This document shows positions 1 to 15,735 of a stretch of DNA of 64,000 nt, piece after piece. Location: assembly GCF_009914755.1 (NCBI RefSeq), contig NC_060926.1. One strand, 5' to 3'. Below the pieces are notes generated by a model, which was given only the letters and a program-made list of their open reading frames with translations, ran no database searches and was not told where the DNA came from. Numbering within the stretch: position 1 is the stretch's first letter; every line of letters begins with the position of its first letter. This DNA comes from the human T2T-CHM13v2.0 reference genome, Homo sapiens. A program made the position numbers and the translations under genes.

Positions 1-326
<326 letters not shown>

Positions 327-639
327 TCATAAAATGCCTGTTGGTATCTCGAAGGCACTGGTGTTCCAGAAAATGCAATTTGGGAAACATTCTGCTTGCC
401 CCCACTTATGCACATGTGATTTATCTCACCAATTTGACTCATATGTGTGTAAGCATCTTTAAATCAAGAAAAAAAAGTAGACCACCAGAGTTACTGGTAT
501 TCAGAAAAAGAACCATTTAGAGTAAGCCTATTTAGCTCCATCTTTTTAGTCTGAAGGTGTGGTAATAACAGCTAACACTGAGGTGGTAGTTATAATGCTC
601 CAGACTCATACTAAGAGATGTATGAGTATTAAAACTAAT

Positions 640-812
640 GTAATAATCAAAACCATCTTTTGAAATGGATTTTGTAATTATTCCTATTGTAGTGATAGGG
701 TCACTGAGGCACAGAGATGTTTAGTGACTTGCAAAAGTTCACACAGCTAGTAAGTGATGGAACCAAGTTTCCAATCCAGGCAGTCTGTCCTCAGAATCCA
801 TGTGCTTTACTC
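640..812 (+). mobile_element. MIR
   Basis: Core-like actgaggcacagagatgtttagtgacttgcaaaagttcacacagctagtaagtg. Confidence 0.75.
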
Positions 813-841
813 CTACTTCTTCTCTTAAGAATGACTAGAGA

Positions 842-1160
842 GGCCGGGTGCAGTGACTCACATCTGTAATTTCAGCACTTTGAGGGGCTGAGGTGGGAGG
901 ATCACTTGACCTCAGGAGTTCTAGACTGGGCTGGAGAACATAGCAAGACCTTGCCTCTACAAAAAAATCCAAAAATAAATTAGCCAGACATGATGGTGCA
1001 TGCATTTGGTCCCAGCCACTTGAGAGGCTGAGGAGGAAGAATGGCTTGAGCATGGGAGGTCAAGGTTGCAGTGAACCAAGATTGTGGCACTGCACTCCAG
1101 CCTGGGCAACAGAGCAAGATCCTGTTTCAAAAACAAACAAACAAACAAACAAAAAACAAA
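842..1160 (+). mobile_element. AluJ
   Basis: Diverged Alu with J-type ggaggatcacttga/catagcaagacc; (CAAA)n tail; degenerate TSD aagaatgactaga/aaaatgattacag. Confidence 0.93.
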
Positions 1161-1854
1161 ATGATTACAGACTTATTCAGAAGCTTTTGAGGACACTGGG
1201 TTGGCTTTAAGAGCACCTGTGAAGAGGTAATAATGACAACATATGATTTATTGGTCATCTATGGATAAGCGTTAGCTGTTGGGCAAAATATTTTACAAAT
1301 TGTCTTGTTTAATCCTCATACCAACTCTCTAGCTCAGGTACAGAAAATAAAGAAAAGAGTTCAGAGAGACATACAGTTTATTTTTAGTATGTAGTGCCTC
1401 CCTGTGTGTGGGGGCATCTTTTCTGCTTCTTCAGCCAGCACCTTGCTTTTCAGTTGCTATTTGCTAAACCTCAGCCAACATAGTACCATTTATTTAAGAT
1501 TGTTTAGAAAATATTCCTCTGAGGGGTACTTCCAATTTGGTAGTGGCCTCCTGAAAACCATAAACTTTCTATGGTCCAAAGAAATCAAGCTATAATGGGC
1601 TCAGAAGGGAAGAAGAGAGAGGAGTACATTCACTGAGGTTAATAGATTGGGGAAGGGGCAGGAACACCCTTTAAAATCACAGTTTAGGTAGCTTTATTTT
1701 GTTCTTTTCCAGTTAATGTGTTGCCAGGGCTGTAATGAGACAATAAACAATCTAACAAAGGAGACAGTAAAAACATTTTCTATTTTTTGATTTTGTTTCT
1801 CCTCTTATTTCCCAAGAAGGAAGAATAGAATTGTATTGTAATATTCTGCCCCCA

Positions 1855-1942
1855 ATATATGTATAATATATGTATAATATATGTATATGTGTGCATTTAT
1901 GTGTTTGTGTGTGTGTATGTGTGTGTGTGTATATATATATAT
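1855..1942. repeat. Compound (TA)n/(TG)n microsatellite
   Basis: Directly visible. Confidence 0.9.
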
Positions 1943-2055
1943 TTTCCAGTTAAGTAGGTATTGTTTCTGTAATTTACAAATTAGAAAACAGAGACTCATT
2001 TTTCCAAGATCTGATAGCTAATAAATGTTAGGTAAAGGTGGAATTAAATCACTTA

Positions 2056-2597
<542 letters not shown>

Positions 2598-3079
2598 CTA
2601 AAACGGTAACTACTTGTCCTAAAAAGACGGGAGACGTGAAAGATAGCAGCTAGAAAACTATCTCAAATTCCAGGCAACAGATTTTTAAGACTTGAACTAA
2701 GTTACTGTTAGTAGAATTAAAGTAAGAACAGATTCCAGAAATAGTTTAGAGAAAGAGTTAACAAAGTTTAATGACCTACTGTGAAAAAGAGGAAAGAGTC
2801 AGAAATCATGAACCAAAGTAAATTAATCTGAAAGAGAAAAAGGAAGAACATGTTGACAACATTTAAAGAGATCCCCAACTTTCACAGGCAGAGGACAAAA
2901 GACGAATGTCATTCCCAAGATCTGACTGAATGAATGACAGAGTTATAAATGAGTCTAAATTCACAGCATGGCAAATATAGCAGCTCTCCTTTACCTGGAA
3001 TCTATACAGAGTCACCTGAGGCAGATGCCTTGCAAGATGGTGTGCATCGTCCTTTACATCTGTGTTCATTTCCCTTATT

Positions 3080-4560
<1,481 letters not shown>

Positions 4561-4562
4561 AA

Positions 4563-4878
<316 letters not shown>

Positions 4879-4889
4879 AGAATAAAGGC

Positions 4890-5620
4890 TAAGGGAGAGT
4901 TTACTGACAGGTAAAATTCTACTATGATTCATGATTTCATATCTTACCACACATACCTGGGGTCAGTCCTCATATGTTGCAGTATGCTGAGAAGAAGCCC
5001 ATGCATAGTGTTCATTCCCATCCTTATGACTGCTCCACTCATAGACCTATCACAGACCTGTCATGCATCATCAGCAGAGGGGATGCTGAGGAGGAGGCTA
5101 ACTGAGCCCCACAGGACTCTCTCCATCTGCTTATTGTGTTTCCTCTGTGGTGGAGGTAGATGTCTCTGGTGGGTATTGAAGGATGAAAGGAAGATTTGTA
5201 TACATTGTGCCCATTCTCATAGATATACCGATATGCTTAATTCCCAAAAGTTTTTCTCTAATTTTCCAACCTTCTTCTTTCCAGGCCTTTAACCAACTAG
5301 CCAAGTCATTGAATATTGCTCAGAATTTCATTGTCATTCATATTTCCATCCACTTCTACTCCATGTCAACAATTAGGTGTATAGCTCACTTGTCTGACTA
5401 CTGAGCAGAGTTTTCCTTTTTTATTTCAGGGCTACTCCTGAGTATAGCTGGAGTTCAACCGCAATCCGTGTTTTACTTTACAATGAAAGGAGGCAACCTG
5501 TCCTGAGCAAGACCTGAGTATTTTTATTCATTGGTCAAACTGTTCATAGGGAACTTCCCAAAAGGCCATAGGACTTGACCTGAAGGAGACCTGTGTATGT
5601 ATGCTGCAACAGAGGTCTGT
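4890..5620 (-). mobile_element. ERVL-class internal (pol RNaseH/IN region) decayed fragment
   Basis: Resembles antisense ERVL pol from memory (ggtcaaactgttcatagggaacttcccaaaaggccat; ccaggcctttaaccaactagccaag). Confidence 0.6.
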
Positions 5621-5714
5621 GGTTTGGGTTTCTTGAACACTTTGTTGTTGAAACTAATTTGTGCACTTTGGACCTGCTTGGGCCCAATCCCAAATGTTTA
5701 ATTTTCATCTCATA

Positions 5715-5965
5715 AGCCTATTGGAGAAACTCTGTGAGCCAGTATAGAACACACGTCTCAGAGATAGCTCACTCGTGAGATGATCAAGCTGAGCTATTTA
5801 GGTACCAGCTCCTGTAAGACACTGGTTGAGGGCTCTTCCTATGGGATGTTAATTTCCAGGTACTTGTAGCCTGCTGCACAAGTGAACAAAGAAGGCTTCA
5901 ATATGCGGAGAAAGCTCTCAAGCAAAGAAATACTGTTTCTCACAGTCAGAAGTTGGTGTAACTGA
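5715..5965 (-). mobile_element. LTR16C-like ERVL LTR fragment
   Basis: Minus strand aattaacatcccataggaagagccctcaaccagtg...ctctgagacgtgtgttctatactggctcacagag matches recalled LTR16 consensus. Confidence 0.7.
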
Positions 5966-6250
5966 GAATCAGACATGTTAATTAATATGTTATGTAATAT
6001 TGGATATTAGGGATAATCTTATGGATTATCCCAGTTCCAATGACAAATAACACAAAAGGGCTTGCAAGAAAATATTTCATAGCAGCCATTCTGCTCACCT
6101 AATTACAATCATTGTGATCAATTTCTTAAGTATTTTCTGAGAGTCATTAATGAGTTTACAGGCATACATCCATTCATATGCATTTTATAACTCTATTTTC
6201 AATCATTTTAGTTTTGCCAATCTAAAAGGAAAAAATAGTTTTCTTTCTAT

Positions 6251-6545
6251 ATTTTTATTTTTATTTTTTATTTTTAGAAACAGAGACTTGCTCTCTCACC
6301 TAGAAAAGAGTGCAGTGTTGCAATCATAGCTCACGTAACCTCGGACTCCTGAGCTCAAGGGATTTTCCTGCCTGGCCTCCCCAGTAGCTATGACTACAGG
6401 CACATGCCATCACACACAGCTAATTTTTAAATTTTTTGTAGAGACAGGTCTTCCTATATTGCCTAGGCTGGTCTCAAACTCCTAATCTCAAGCACCTTGG
6501 CCTCTCAAAACTCTGGAATCACAGGCATAAACCACCATGCCCACT
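6251..6545 (-). mobile_element. AluJ (diverged)
   Basis: Antisense Alu dimer. Confidence 0.9.
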
Positions 6546-7616
6546 CAGTAGTGTCTCCATTTTTATTTTTCATTTATCTTCTTTGAGTGAGATAAACCAT
6601 CTTTCCAGATATTTATGAGCTACTTTAATTTACCTCTCTGTGAATTATTGTCATATTCTCTGTGTATTTTCTACTTTTTCCTGGTCTTTTTACAAATTGT
6701 TGAATGTTTTCTATATTAAATTATCCTGTTATTATGTAATTACCAATTTTTCCTTTATGCATGTGTTTTGCCATATTGAATGCTTGATTTATACATTGTT
6801 CAATTTATTGATCTTTTCTTTATATAACATTGAAGAATTTCCTCATTTTGTGACTCAAAAAAAGTTTCCATGTTTTCTTCTATTACTTTCTTGTTCATAT
6901 TTCTTATATAAATATTTGAAATATTTATTTTTGCATAAAGTATGCTATCAAACTATCCTAATACCATTTATTAAAATTCATATTCTTCCATAAATTTGAA
7001 ATATATTTTTTACCATATTTTAAGTTCCTGCATGTAGTTCTCATCTATTTTTAGATTCAACAGTGTACTTTGAGAGCCTGTCTATATTATGGCATTTTTA
7101 ATTTTTAAAAGCTTAAATTTTTTATTATTACAGAAAGCATAAGAATCAACTTGCAGGCCTTAAAGCATATGTTTTCTAAAAAAAATAAAAACAAAAAACA
7201 AACTTTATCATCCTCTCATCATCTGTAATTAAATGAGAACTTATCATATTAGGCATAGACTTTTTAATAAAGGGACTGAAGCAATAGGCCAGATAGTAGA
7301 CTTTCTAGAAGGTAAAGATTTTGTTACAAATAAGTTTTACCATTAACATCTCTTATATAAAACTGTAGTTTTCGCATTGCATAATGTATTTTCTTATATA
7401 TGCAGTCTAAAAGTAAGACAAGTTAACAACTCAAAAATTAAAGCTGAAGTTTATTGCCTTTAGCCTCCTAAGTCATATAATTTCATCTGGCCTCATTTAT
7501 TTCTTACAGCGAATAATTTAATATGATTAAAATAGAAAGTAGATATAAAGTAAAATACTATAATAAGTTTCATTGAATTTTCAATCTCCAATACAGGGGA
7601 GACACTTTGGTTGTAA

Positions 7617-8030
7617 TTGTAGCAGATTGTTCATTATATACCTGAAAATCTTTTCTTCCCATCTTATCTGCTAAGACCTGATTTTTCAAAGGTGGAAATC
7701 CCTTGATCTCAGGGAATGTACTCCTTTTTCCAGCCCCAGAGGCCAAATCCTGTTCAGTCTAAATGTGTCACTGTTATATCAGTCTATTTTTCTGGTCTAG
7801 GAGTGACCATTGTGATGTAAAGAGAGTCAGCTAGGGGGCATTCCCGTTCCCAGTAAGAGAATGCTTACTAGCACCACCTTTTCTCATTCTTCCTGTTTTG
7901 AACTAAGGCATGATGCCTGAAGTTATGGTAGCTGACCTGCACTCTGAGAGAAGGGCCCTGAAGATTGCAAAATGGTCATTGTGGTCTCAGAGACAACATT
8001 ATTAACCTACTGAATTAATCACTATACGCT
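7617..8030 (+). mobile_element. MLT1 (K/L-like) MaLR LTR
   Basis: Diverged MaLR motifs (ccagccccagagg, catgatgcctgaagttatggtagc). Confidence 0.55.
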
Positions 8031-8070
8031 ATAAACAATAGCTTTGGAGAAATTCATTTGTGCTTCTTCC

Positions 8071-8391
8071 TTTTTTTTTCTTTCTTTCTTTTTTTTTTTT
8101 TTTTTAAAGAGATGAAGTCTTGCTCTGTCATCCAGCCTGGAGTATAGTGACCTGATCATAGTTCACTGTAACCTCAAAGCCTGGGCTCCAGCAATGCCTG
8201 TGTCTCAGAATCCTGAGTAACTAGGACTACAGGTGCACACCACCACACTTGGCTAATTTTTTTAATTTGTGGGGAGATAGGGTCTTGCTATGTTGCCCAG
8301 GCTGGTCTCTAATTCCTGGCCTCAAGTGATCCTCCCACCTAAGCCTCCCAAAGCACTGGGATTGCAGGTGTGAGTCACCACATGCCTGACC
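8071..8391 (-). mobile_element. AluJ
   Basis: Antisense Alu with T-rich tail. Confidence 0.93.
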
Positions 8392-8564
8392 TGTGCATGT
8401 TCCTAATTTGATATATTACCTTATTTAAGTGTATATACCAGTGGATTTATTATGAAAATATCTCAAACAGTGCCTTCCACAATCTTCAAAAATTTGATGC
8501 CAACTCTTGTAGATTCTGTCAGCACAGAGCACAGATCTCCCTGTTGTTTAAAGTATTTAAGATC

Positions 8565-8920
8565 TGTGCTAAGCTGCCTCTAGCATTGCCCTCAATGATT
8601 CTTGCCTCCTGATATGTATGCCCTTGTGTAATCCCTTTGTAGAGAATAAAATGCAGCAGAGGTGATGGGTTGTCATTTCTGAGATCAGGTTACAAAAAGA
8701 CTGTGGCTTGCCTCTTGGGTGATCTCTCTCACTCACTCCTTGTGCTATGCTGTGAGCAACCTTATGGGCTCCCCACGGAGCCAGGAACTTGCTTTTCTGG
8801 CCAATAGCCTGCAAGGACCTGAGGCCTTCCAACACTTACATGTCTGAGCTTGAAAGCAGATCCTCTGCCAGTAGAGCCTTAGGATGATTACAATCTAGCC
8901 AACACCTTGATTGCAGCCAG
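8565..8920 (+). mobile_element. MLT1 (E/F-like) MaLR LTR
   Basis: ccctcaatgattcttgcctcctg...cccttgtgtaatccc...ctagccaacaccttgattgcagcc. Confidence 0.75.
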
Positions 8921-9431
8921 GGATTTTCTGTTTCATGTGCAAAAGTAGGAAAATCATGAAAAATGTGACACAGCTGCCACTCATTAGTGTCGTCATTCAC
9001 CGCTTAGTCTTCTTTTACTCTCTGTCTCATTTGGTATGTAGTGGTTATTCATTAGCGCACAGACAAATATCCTTTACCCTCTAATTCCATCTCATCTACC
9101 TTAATTTGTCTGTTAAAATTTTGCTTGCACTAAACACAATTGTAATGAAAGTAAAATATTTTCTTCCATCTAGTGATAGTCTTTAAATAGTTGGTGATTA
9201 TTATAATACATTCATTCACCTTTCAAGAATTTCTTTCTTTTTCCCACAGAGAGATGCACATTTAGCAATAACAGCTAAATGGAGTGCAATAAAATTATGT
9301 GGGAAGGATTTCAATTTCATAGTAGAATGGAAAAATTACTATGAAATATTTAAAGTTTAGTTCTCATCCTAGGACATAAACGTGCTAGTTATTAAACTAT
9401 TGTTTTTAAGCAACAAAGTCACCCTTCATAC

Positions 9432-9922
9432 TTAAGAGATCAAGTGCACTGTCTGATCATTGACTTGGGGTTTTACACATTGGCATACTTCCAGGGTCTT
9501 GAGCCTCTTCTGCCTTGATTCTTCCCTTAGGATGGGCTTTCCACATGCACAGTGGCCTGCTAGACCTTGGGAGGGGCTTCATGCGCAATGTGTTTACTGG
9601 AGTTGTACGCATGCTCACTTCGGGCATTCTTCCCTTACCAGTCTAGCATTCCTACAGAAAGGTTATATACCAGTTAAACTTCCCATTCTGCCTCTTAGAG
9701 CACACGGGTGAGTCCACTGGCTCAACTCCTGAGATCTTATCAGGAAGCTGCTGGTCACCAGTTTCAGGTGTTTCTATCTATTGGCAGACTGCCTTTCCTT
9801 GGCCCCGGCTGCGACCAATTGTTATTTTAGGGAGACAGCTTAACAACTGCCTGACGGGTGCTTGATGGTCACCTGACCTTCCTGGTGTGGGACCGGGAGC
9901 CTGATTACCTACCTACTATAAG
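9432..9922 (-). mobile_element. MER50-like ERV1 LTR, 3'-truncated
   Basis: Minus strand matches recalled MER50 (gatagaaacacctgaaactggtg, gataagatctcaggagttg, aaaaccccaagtcaa). Confidence 0.8.
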
Positions 9923-10200
9923 AGTGCTTCCTCCAAACTGCAAGCTTCTGATAACCAAACCTCTTCCCTTTGGTCACTGAGAGGTAAGGCTGTTGGCTAC
10001 TTCTTGCAATTATTATTATTAATCGATTATCTAACTCAGCATTCTCTATCTCCCTTCATTTTCTAACATCATTTTAGCTAATTTACTATATATAGAATTT
10101 TCTGTTTTAAAAATAACTGCTTTGGTTTCTATTTTCCTTACCTGGACTGTGGCTAGCTTCATAATAGAAGGATTTCAAATCTGTAGTACAATAGTAACAT

Positions 10201-10655
10201 TAAGGGAGGAGACCACCCCTCATATTGTCTTATGCCCAGTTTCTGCCTCCAAAGAAAGAATAAAAACTGAAAGGCAGAAATGAAATCCATAGGCAGACAG
10301 CCCGGTGCTGCGCCCTGGGCCTGGTTAAAGATCGACCTCTGACCTAACGGTTATGTTATCTATAGATTCCAGATACTGTATGGAAAAGCACTGTGAAAAT
10401 TCCTGTCCTATTGTGTTCCATTCTGATTACCAGTGCATGCAGCCCCTAGTCACGTACCCCCTGCTTGCTCAATCGATCACGACCCTCTCACGTGGACCCC
10501 CTTAGAGTTGCAAGCCCTTAAAAGGGACAGGAATTGCTCACTCCTGGAGCTTGGTTTTTGGAGACGTGAGTCTTGCCAAAGCTCCCGGCCGAATAAAGCC
10601 CTTCTTTCTTTAACTCGGTGTCTGAGGGGTTTTGTCTGTGGCTTGTCCTGCTACA
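10201..10655 (+). mobile_element. LTR2 (HERV-E/Harlequin group) solo LTR, full length
   Basis: Starts taagggaggagaccacccctcatattg, ends gtcctgctaca; 4-bp TSD ACAT at 10197-10200 and 10656-10659. Confidence 0.92.
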
Positions 10656-11309
10656 ACATGAGGCTAAAGAATAGGTTTTATTAACTTTGTGTTTTATGTT
10701 GATTGTTTTGAATTGTGTTTTGAATACTCATTATTGGTCTTAGAACACAAATGTCCATAATGACAACCTCTTCTAAAGGAAATCCTTAAATAGGCTTAAT
10801 ATTAGTTGGCAATGAGCCATTTCCTCAGGTTTTTCCTGGTTCAGGGTAGATCTCTAAACTCCAGTAACCCACCCTGTCTCTGAATTTGTATTTGCCTTAA
10901 TTACTATGTTCTGTAATTTGACAGTTCTTATACTCTGTATTCTTTCTGCTATATCATTTTTTTCCCAAATATGATTATAAGCTCCTTATGGATAATGAAT
11001 TCTTTACCTTCTATTGTATTTGTCATAAAACCTAGCTACATTTGTGAACTTTAACTTTATTTGACAAAAATTTGTTAATAAATTTTGTAATGCACTATCT
11101 TTTGTTTATAAAAGACAGGAAAAAAGAATGTGGTAGGAGCGGAGGAATAAAAAGAGAAAAGAGCTAATAAATGCTGATAAATAGATTACAATGTGTTGAC
11201 TTAATAAGAGCTTTGTATTCAATTAGTATTATTAATAAAAACTGTGTTGTTGATTATTTTCTAATTATCAAATTCAGCACTTGGTAAATATTTGATGAAT
11301 TATTGTTAT

Positions 11310-13960
11310 CTTTTAACTTATTTTAAGTTCAGGGGTATGTGTGCAGGTTTGTTTTAGAGGTAAACTTGTGTCATGGGGATTTGTTTCATAGATTATTTCA
11401 TCACCCATGTATTAAGCCTGGTATCCATTAGTTAATAGTTATTTTTCCTGATCCCCACACCCTCCTCCCACACTCCACCCTGTTAGGCCCCAGTGTGTGT
11501 TGTTCCCCTCTTTATGTCCATGTGTTCTCATCATTCAGCTCCCACTTATAAGTGAGAACATTCAGTATTTGGTTTTCTGTTCCCGCATTACTTTGCTAAG
11601 GATAATGGCCTCCAGCTCCACCCATATTCCTGCAAAGGACATTATCTTATTTTTTCATGGCTTCATAGCATTCCATGGTGTATATGTACCATTTTTAAAA
11701 AATTCAGCCTACCATTGATGGCCATTTAAGTTGATTCCATGTCTGCTTTTGTGAAGAGTGGAACAATGAACATACACGTCCATGTGTCTTTATGATAGAA
11801 TGATTTATATTCCTTTGGGTATATACCCAGCAATGGATTGCTGGGCCAAATGGTATTTCTGTTTTTAGGTCTTGAAGGAATTGCCACACTGTTTTCAATA
11901 GTGGTTGAACTAATTTACACTCCCACCAACAGTGTGTAAGAGTTCCCTTTTCTCCAAAACCTTAGCAGCCATCTGTTAATTTTTGACTTTTTATTAATAG
12001 CCATTCTGACAGATGTGAGATGGTATCTCATTGTGGTTTTAATTTGCATTTCTCTAATGATCAATGATGCTGAGCTTTTTTCATATGCTTGTTAGCCTCA
12101 TGTATGTCTTCTTTTGAAATGTGTCTGTTTATGTCCTTTTCTCACTTTTTGAATGGGGTTGTATGTTTTTTCTTTTAAATTTGTTTGTTTCTTATGGACC
12201 TTTGTTGGATGAATATTTTGCAAAAATTTTCTCCCTTTCTGTAGGTTGCCTGTTTACTCTGTTGATAGTTTCTTTTGCTGTGCAGAAGCTCTTTAGTTTA
12301 ATACATCCCATTTGTCAATTTTTGCTTATGTTGCAATTACTTTTGGCGTCTTCATCATGAAATCTTTGCCTGTTCCTTTGTCCACAATGGTATTGCCTAG
12401 CTTATCTTCTAGGGTTTTTATAGTTTTGGGTTTTAGATTTAAGTCTTTAATCCATCTTGAGTTAATGTTTGTATATGATGTAAGGATGGAGTTCAGTTTC
12501 AATCTTCTCTATATGGCTAGCCAGTTATCCCAGCACCATTTATTCACTAGGGAGTCCTTACCCCATTGCTTGTTTTTGTCAGATTTGTCAAAGATCAGAT
12601 AGTGGTAAGTGTGTGGCCTTATTATCGGGCTCTCTGTTCTGTTCCATTGGTCTACATGTCTGTTTGTGTACTAGTACCATGCTGTTTTGGTTACTGTAGC
12701 TCTGTAGCATAGTTCGAAGTTGGGTAGCATGATGCCTCTAGGTTTGCTCTTTTTGCTTAGGATTGCCTTGGCTATTTGGGCTCCTTTTTGGTTCCATATG
12801 AATTTTAAAATAGTTTTTCTAGTTCTGTGAAGAATGTCACTAGCAGCTGAATAGGAATAGCATTGAATCTATAAATTGTTTTGGGCAGTATGGTCATTTT
12901 AATGATATTGATTTCTCTCATCCATAAGCATGGAATGTTTTTCATTTGTTTGTATCATTTCTGATTTCTTTGAGCAGTGATTTGTAGTTCTCCTTGTAGA
13001 CATCATTCACCTCCCTGGTTAGCTGTATTCCTAGGTACTTTATTATTTTTGTGTCTATTGTTAATTGGATTGCATTCCTGATTTGGCTCTCGGCTTGACT
13101 GTTGTTGGTGTATAAGCATGCTACTAATTTTTGTACATTGATATTGTATGCTAAGAATACACTGAAGTTGTTTATCAGTTTAAGGAGCTTTTGGACCAAG
13201 ACTATAGGATTTTCTAGATGTAGGATCATGTCATTTACAAACAAGGATAATTTGACTTTCTCTCTATTTGGATACCTTTTATTTTTATCTCTTGCCTGAT
13301 TCCTTTGGCCAGGACTCAATAATATGTTAAATAGGAGTGGTGAGAGAGGACATCCTTGTCACGTTCTGGTTTTCAAGGGGGATGCTTCCAGCTTTTGCCC
13401 ATTCGGTGCAATGTTGGCTGTGGGTTTGTCATAGATGGCTCTCATTATTTTGAGGTATGATCCTTTAATACCTAGTTTATTCAGAGTTTCCAAGATGAAG
13501 TATGTTGAATTTTATCTAAAGCCTTTTCTGCAACCATAGAGATAATCATGTGTTTTTTTTTTGTCTTTAGTTCTATTTACGTAATGAATCTCATTTATTG
13601 ATTTGTATATGTTAAACTAATCTTGCATCCCAGGGATAAGACCTACTTGATCATGATTGATAAGCTTTTCGATGTGCTGCTGGATTCAGTATGCTAGTAT
13701 TTTGTTGAGGATTTTTGCATCGATGTTCATCAAGGCTTTTTGTTTGAAATTTTCTTTTTTTGGTGTGTTTCTTCCAGGTTTTGGTATCAGGAGGATGCTG
13801 GCCTCCTAGAGTGAGTTACAAAGGAGCTCCTTGCTCTCATTTTTTTGGTTAGTTTGAGTAGGAATTGTACCAGCTCTTCGATGTACTTCTGGTAGAATTC
13901 AGCTGTGAATCCATGTGATCAATTTTTTTTTTTTTTAATAAACAAAAATAATACTGCTTC
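11310..13960 (-). mobile_element. L1PA13-15-like 3' UTR + ORF2 (decayed)
   Basis: Antisense L1 3' end and ORF2; minus ORF 12942-13319 has RT motif remnant [17 protein letters not shown]. Confidence 0.93.
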
Positions 13961-14615
13961 AGGTGGCCTGGAGGCCCTCCTCATAGCTCCTGCACTGGTG
14001 AATCATAACTGACTGGCAGAGAGTTCCTGTGGGGAGGCTCCCATGCCACATACCAGCCTGCCTCCTCCCTCCCCACACTGCAGCTTACCCTGAGCCCATG
14101 GCAACTCCCATCACTTTGCCAGTCCCATCACTTTGCCAGTGTATATGTGCACAGGCACAACATACCAGTATCTATGGGACACAGCTAAGGTAGTCTTAGA
14201 GGGAAACTTAGAGCACTAAATGCCCACATCAAAAAGAAAGATCCCAGTTTAACAAGCTAACATCATAACTAAAATAACTAGAGAAGTAAGAGGAAACCAA
14301 CCCCCAACCTAGCAGAAGACAAAAAATAACCAAAAGTCAGAGATGAACTGAAGGAGATTGAGACCTGAAAAACATTCAGAAGATCAAAGAATCCAGGAGT
14401 TGGATTTTTGAAAAAAGTTAATAAAATAGGTGGATTGCTAGGTAGCATAATAAAGAAGAAAAGTGAGAAGATCCAAATAAACACAATTAGAAACAACAAA
14501 GGGGATATTACCCACTGACCTCACAAAAATATAAATAACTATCAGAGAATATTATAAACACCTCTATGCTCATAAACTCATAAACTAGAAAATCTAGAAG
14601 AAATTGATAAATTTA
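13955..14615 (+). mobile_element. Inverted L1 segment: 5' UTR piece fused to ORF2 piece
   Basis: 13955-14156 GC-rich L1PA13-like 5' UTR (recalled); 14157-14615 sense ORF2 (caacataccag...aaactagaaaatctagaagaaattgataaatt). Confidence 0.8.
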
Positions 14616-14734
14616 TAAAAATGTAATGAATAACTGAAAGATTATTTTTTCTAATTCATATGTTTTACTTACTGTAATAAAATAAAATAAATGCTCACTT
14701 GCCTATACTGTATGTATTGCATCACTTTTAACAT

Positions 14735-14928
14735 TATTTATTATAATTGATAAAAATTTTATGTATTAGGCACATGTGCAACATATTGTTTTGAAATATG
14801 TATATATTGCTAAATGGCTAAATCAAGTTAATTAAGATATATATTATTTCACATACTTTTTTTTGTAATGAGAACACTTACAATCTACTGTCTTAGCAAT
14901 TTCAAGATACAATACATTGTTATTATAT
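14735..14928 (-). mobile_element. L1MA 3' end
   Basis: ggctaaatcaagttaattaagatatatatt...atctactgtcttagcaatttcaagatacaatacattgttatta. Confidence 0.75.
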
Positions 14929-14933
14929 GTATG

Positions 14934-15250
14934 TATGGCCTTCTCTGGCTGTGCTTTGTTACAGACACTCCTGCACCAACCCTCTGGGCTCCATACCGTG
15001 GACTTGTTGCCCCTACCACTAAAATTGAATGTCTGTGGTAGTCAAGGGGGTCTCCTCCTGCCAGGACTCCAGAGGCCTGTGGTAACAGTGATCATATTCC
15101 AGAGACCCTTTCTCCTTACCATGTTAACTCACCCATTCACCTGGAGTAGTTGGGGACCAGGAACAAGTCCCATTGTGAGGTAGCCCTTGCCAGGTTCCCA
15201 GCTTCCTTCCTCTTCAGCCCAGCTTCTATATCTTCCTTTTATGCACTCTC
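14934..15250 (-). mobile_element. L1PA13-like 5' UTR fragment
   Basis: gtcaagggggtctcctcctgccaggactccagaggcc...caggttcccagcttccttcctcttcagcccagcttct resembles recalled antisense 5' UTR. Confidence 0.65.
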
Positions 15251-15261
15251 CATAATCAGGT

Positions 15262-15735
15262 TATGAAAATAAATAAGGAAAATAAATCTTGGGGCCCCAA
15301 AATCACTAAGCTAAAGGGAAAAGTCAAGCTGGGAACTGCTTAGAGCAAACCTGCTTCCTATTCCATTCAAAGTCACCCCTCTGCTCACTGAGATAAATGC
15401 ACATCTGATTGCCTCCTTTGGAGAGGCTAATCAGAAAATCAAAAGAATGCAACCGTTTATCTCTTATCTACCTATGACCTGAAAGCCTCCTCCCCACTTT
15501 GAGTTGTCCCACCTTTGCTTCGAGTTGTCCCGCCTTTCCAGATGAATCAATGTTCATCTTACATATGTTGATTGATGTCTCATGTCTCCCTAAAATGTGT
15601 AAAACCAAACTGTGCTCTGACCACCTTGGGCACATGTCCTCAGAACCCCCTGAGGATGTGTCATGGGCATGCATCCTCAACCTTGACAAAATAAACTTCC
15701 TAATTAATATCTTTCTCAGATATTTGGGGTTCATA
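15262..15735 (+). mobile_element. MER4A-family solo LTR
   Basis: ggaaaataaatcttggggccccaaaatcactaagctaaaggg...; TSD AGGT at 15258-15261 and 15736-15739. Confidence 0.88.
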
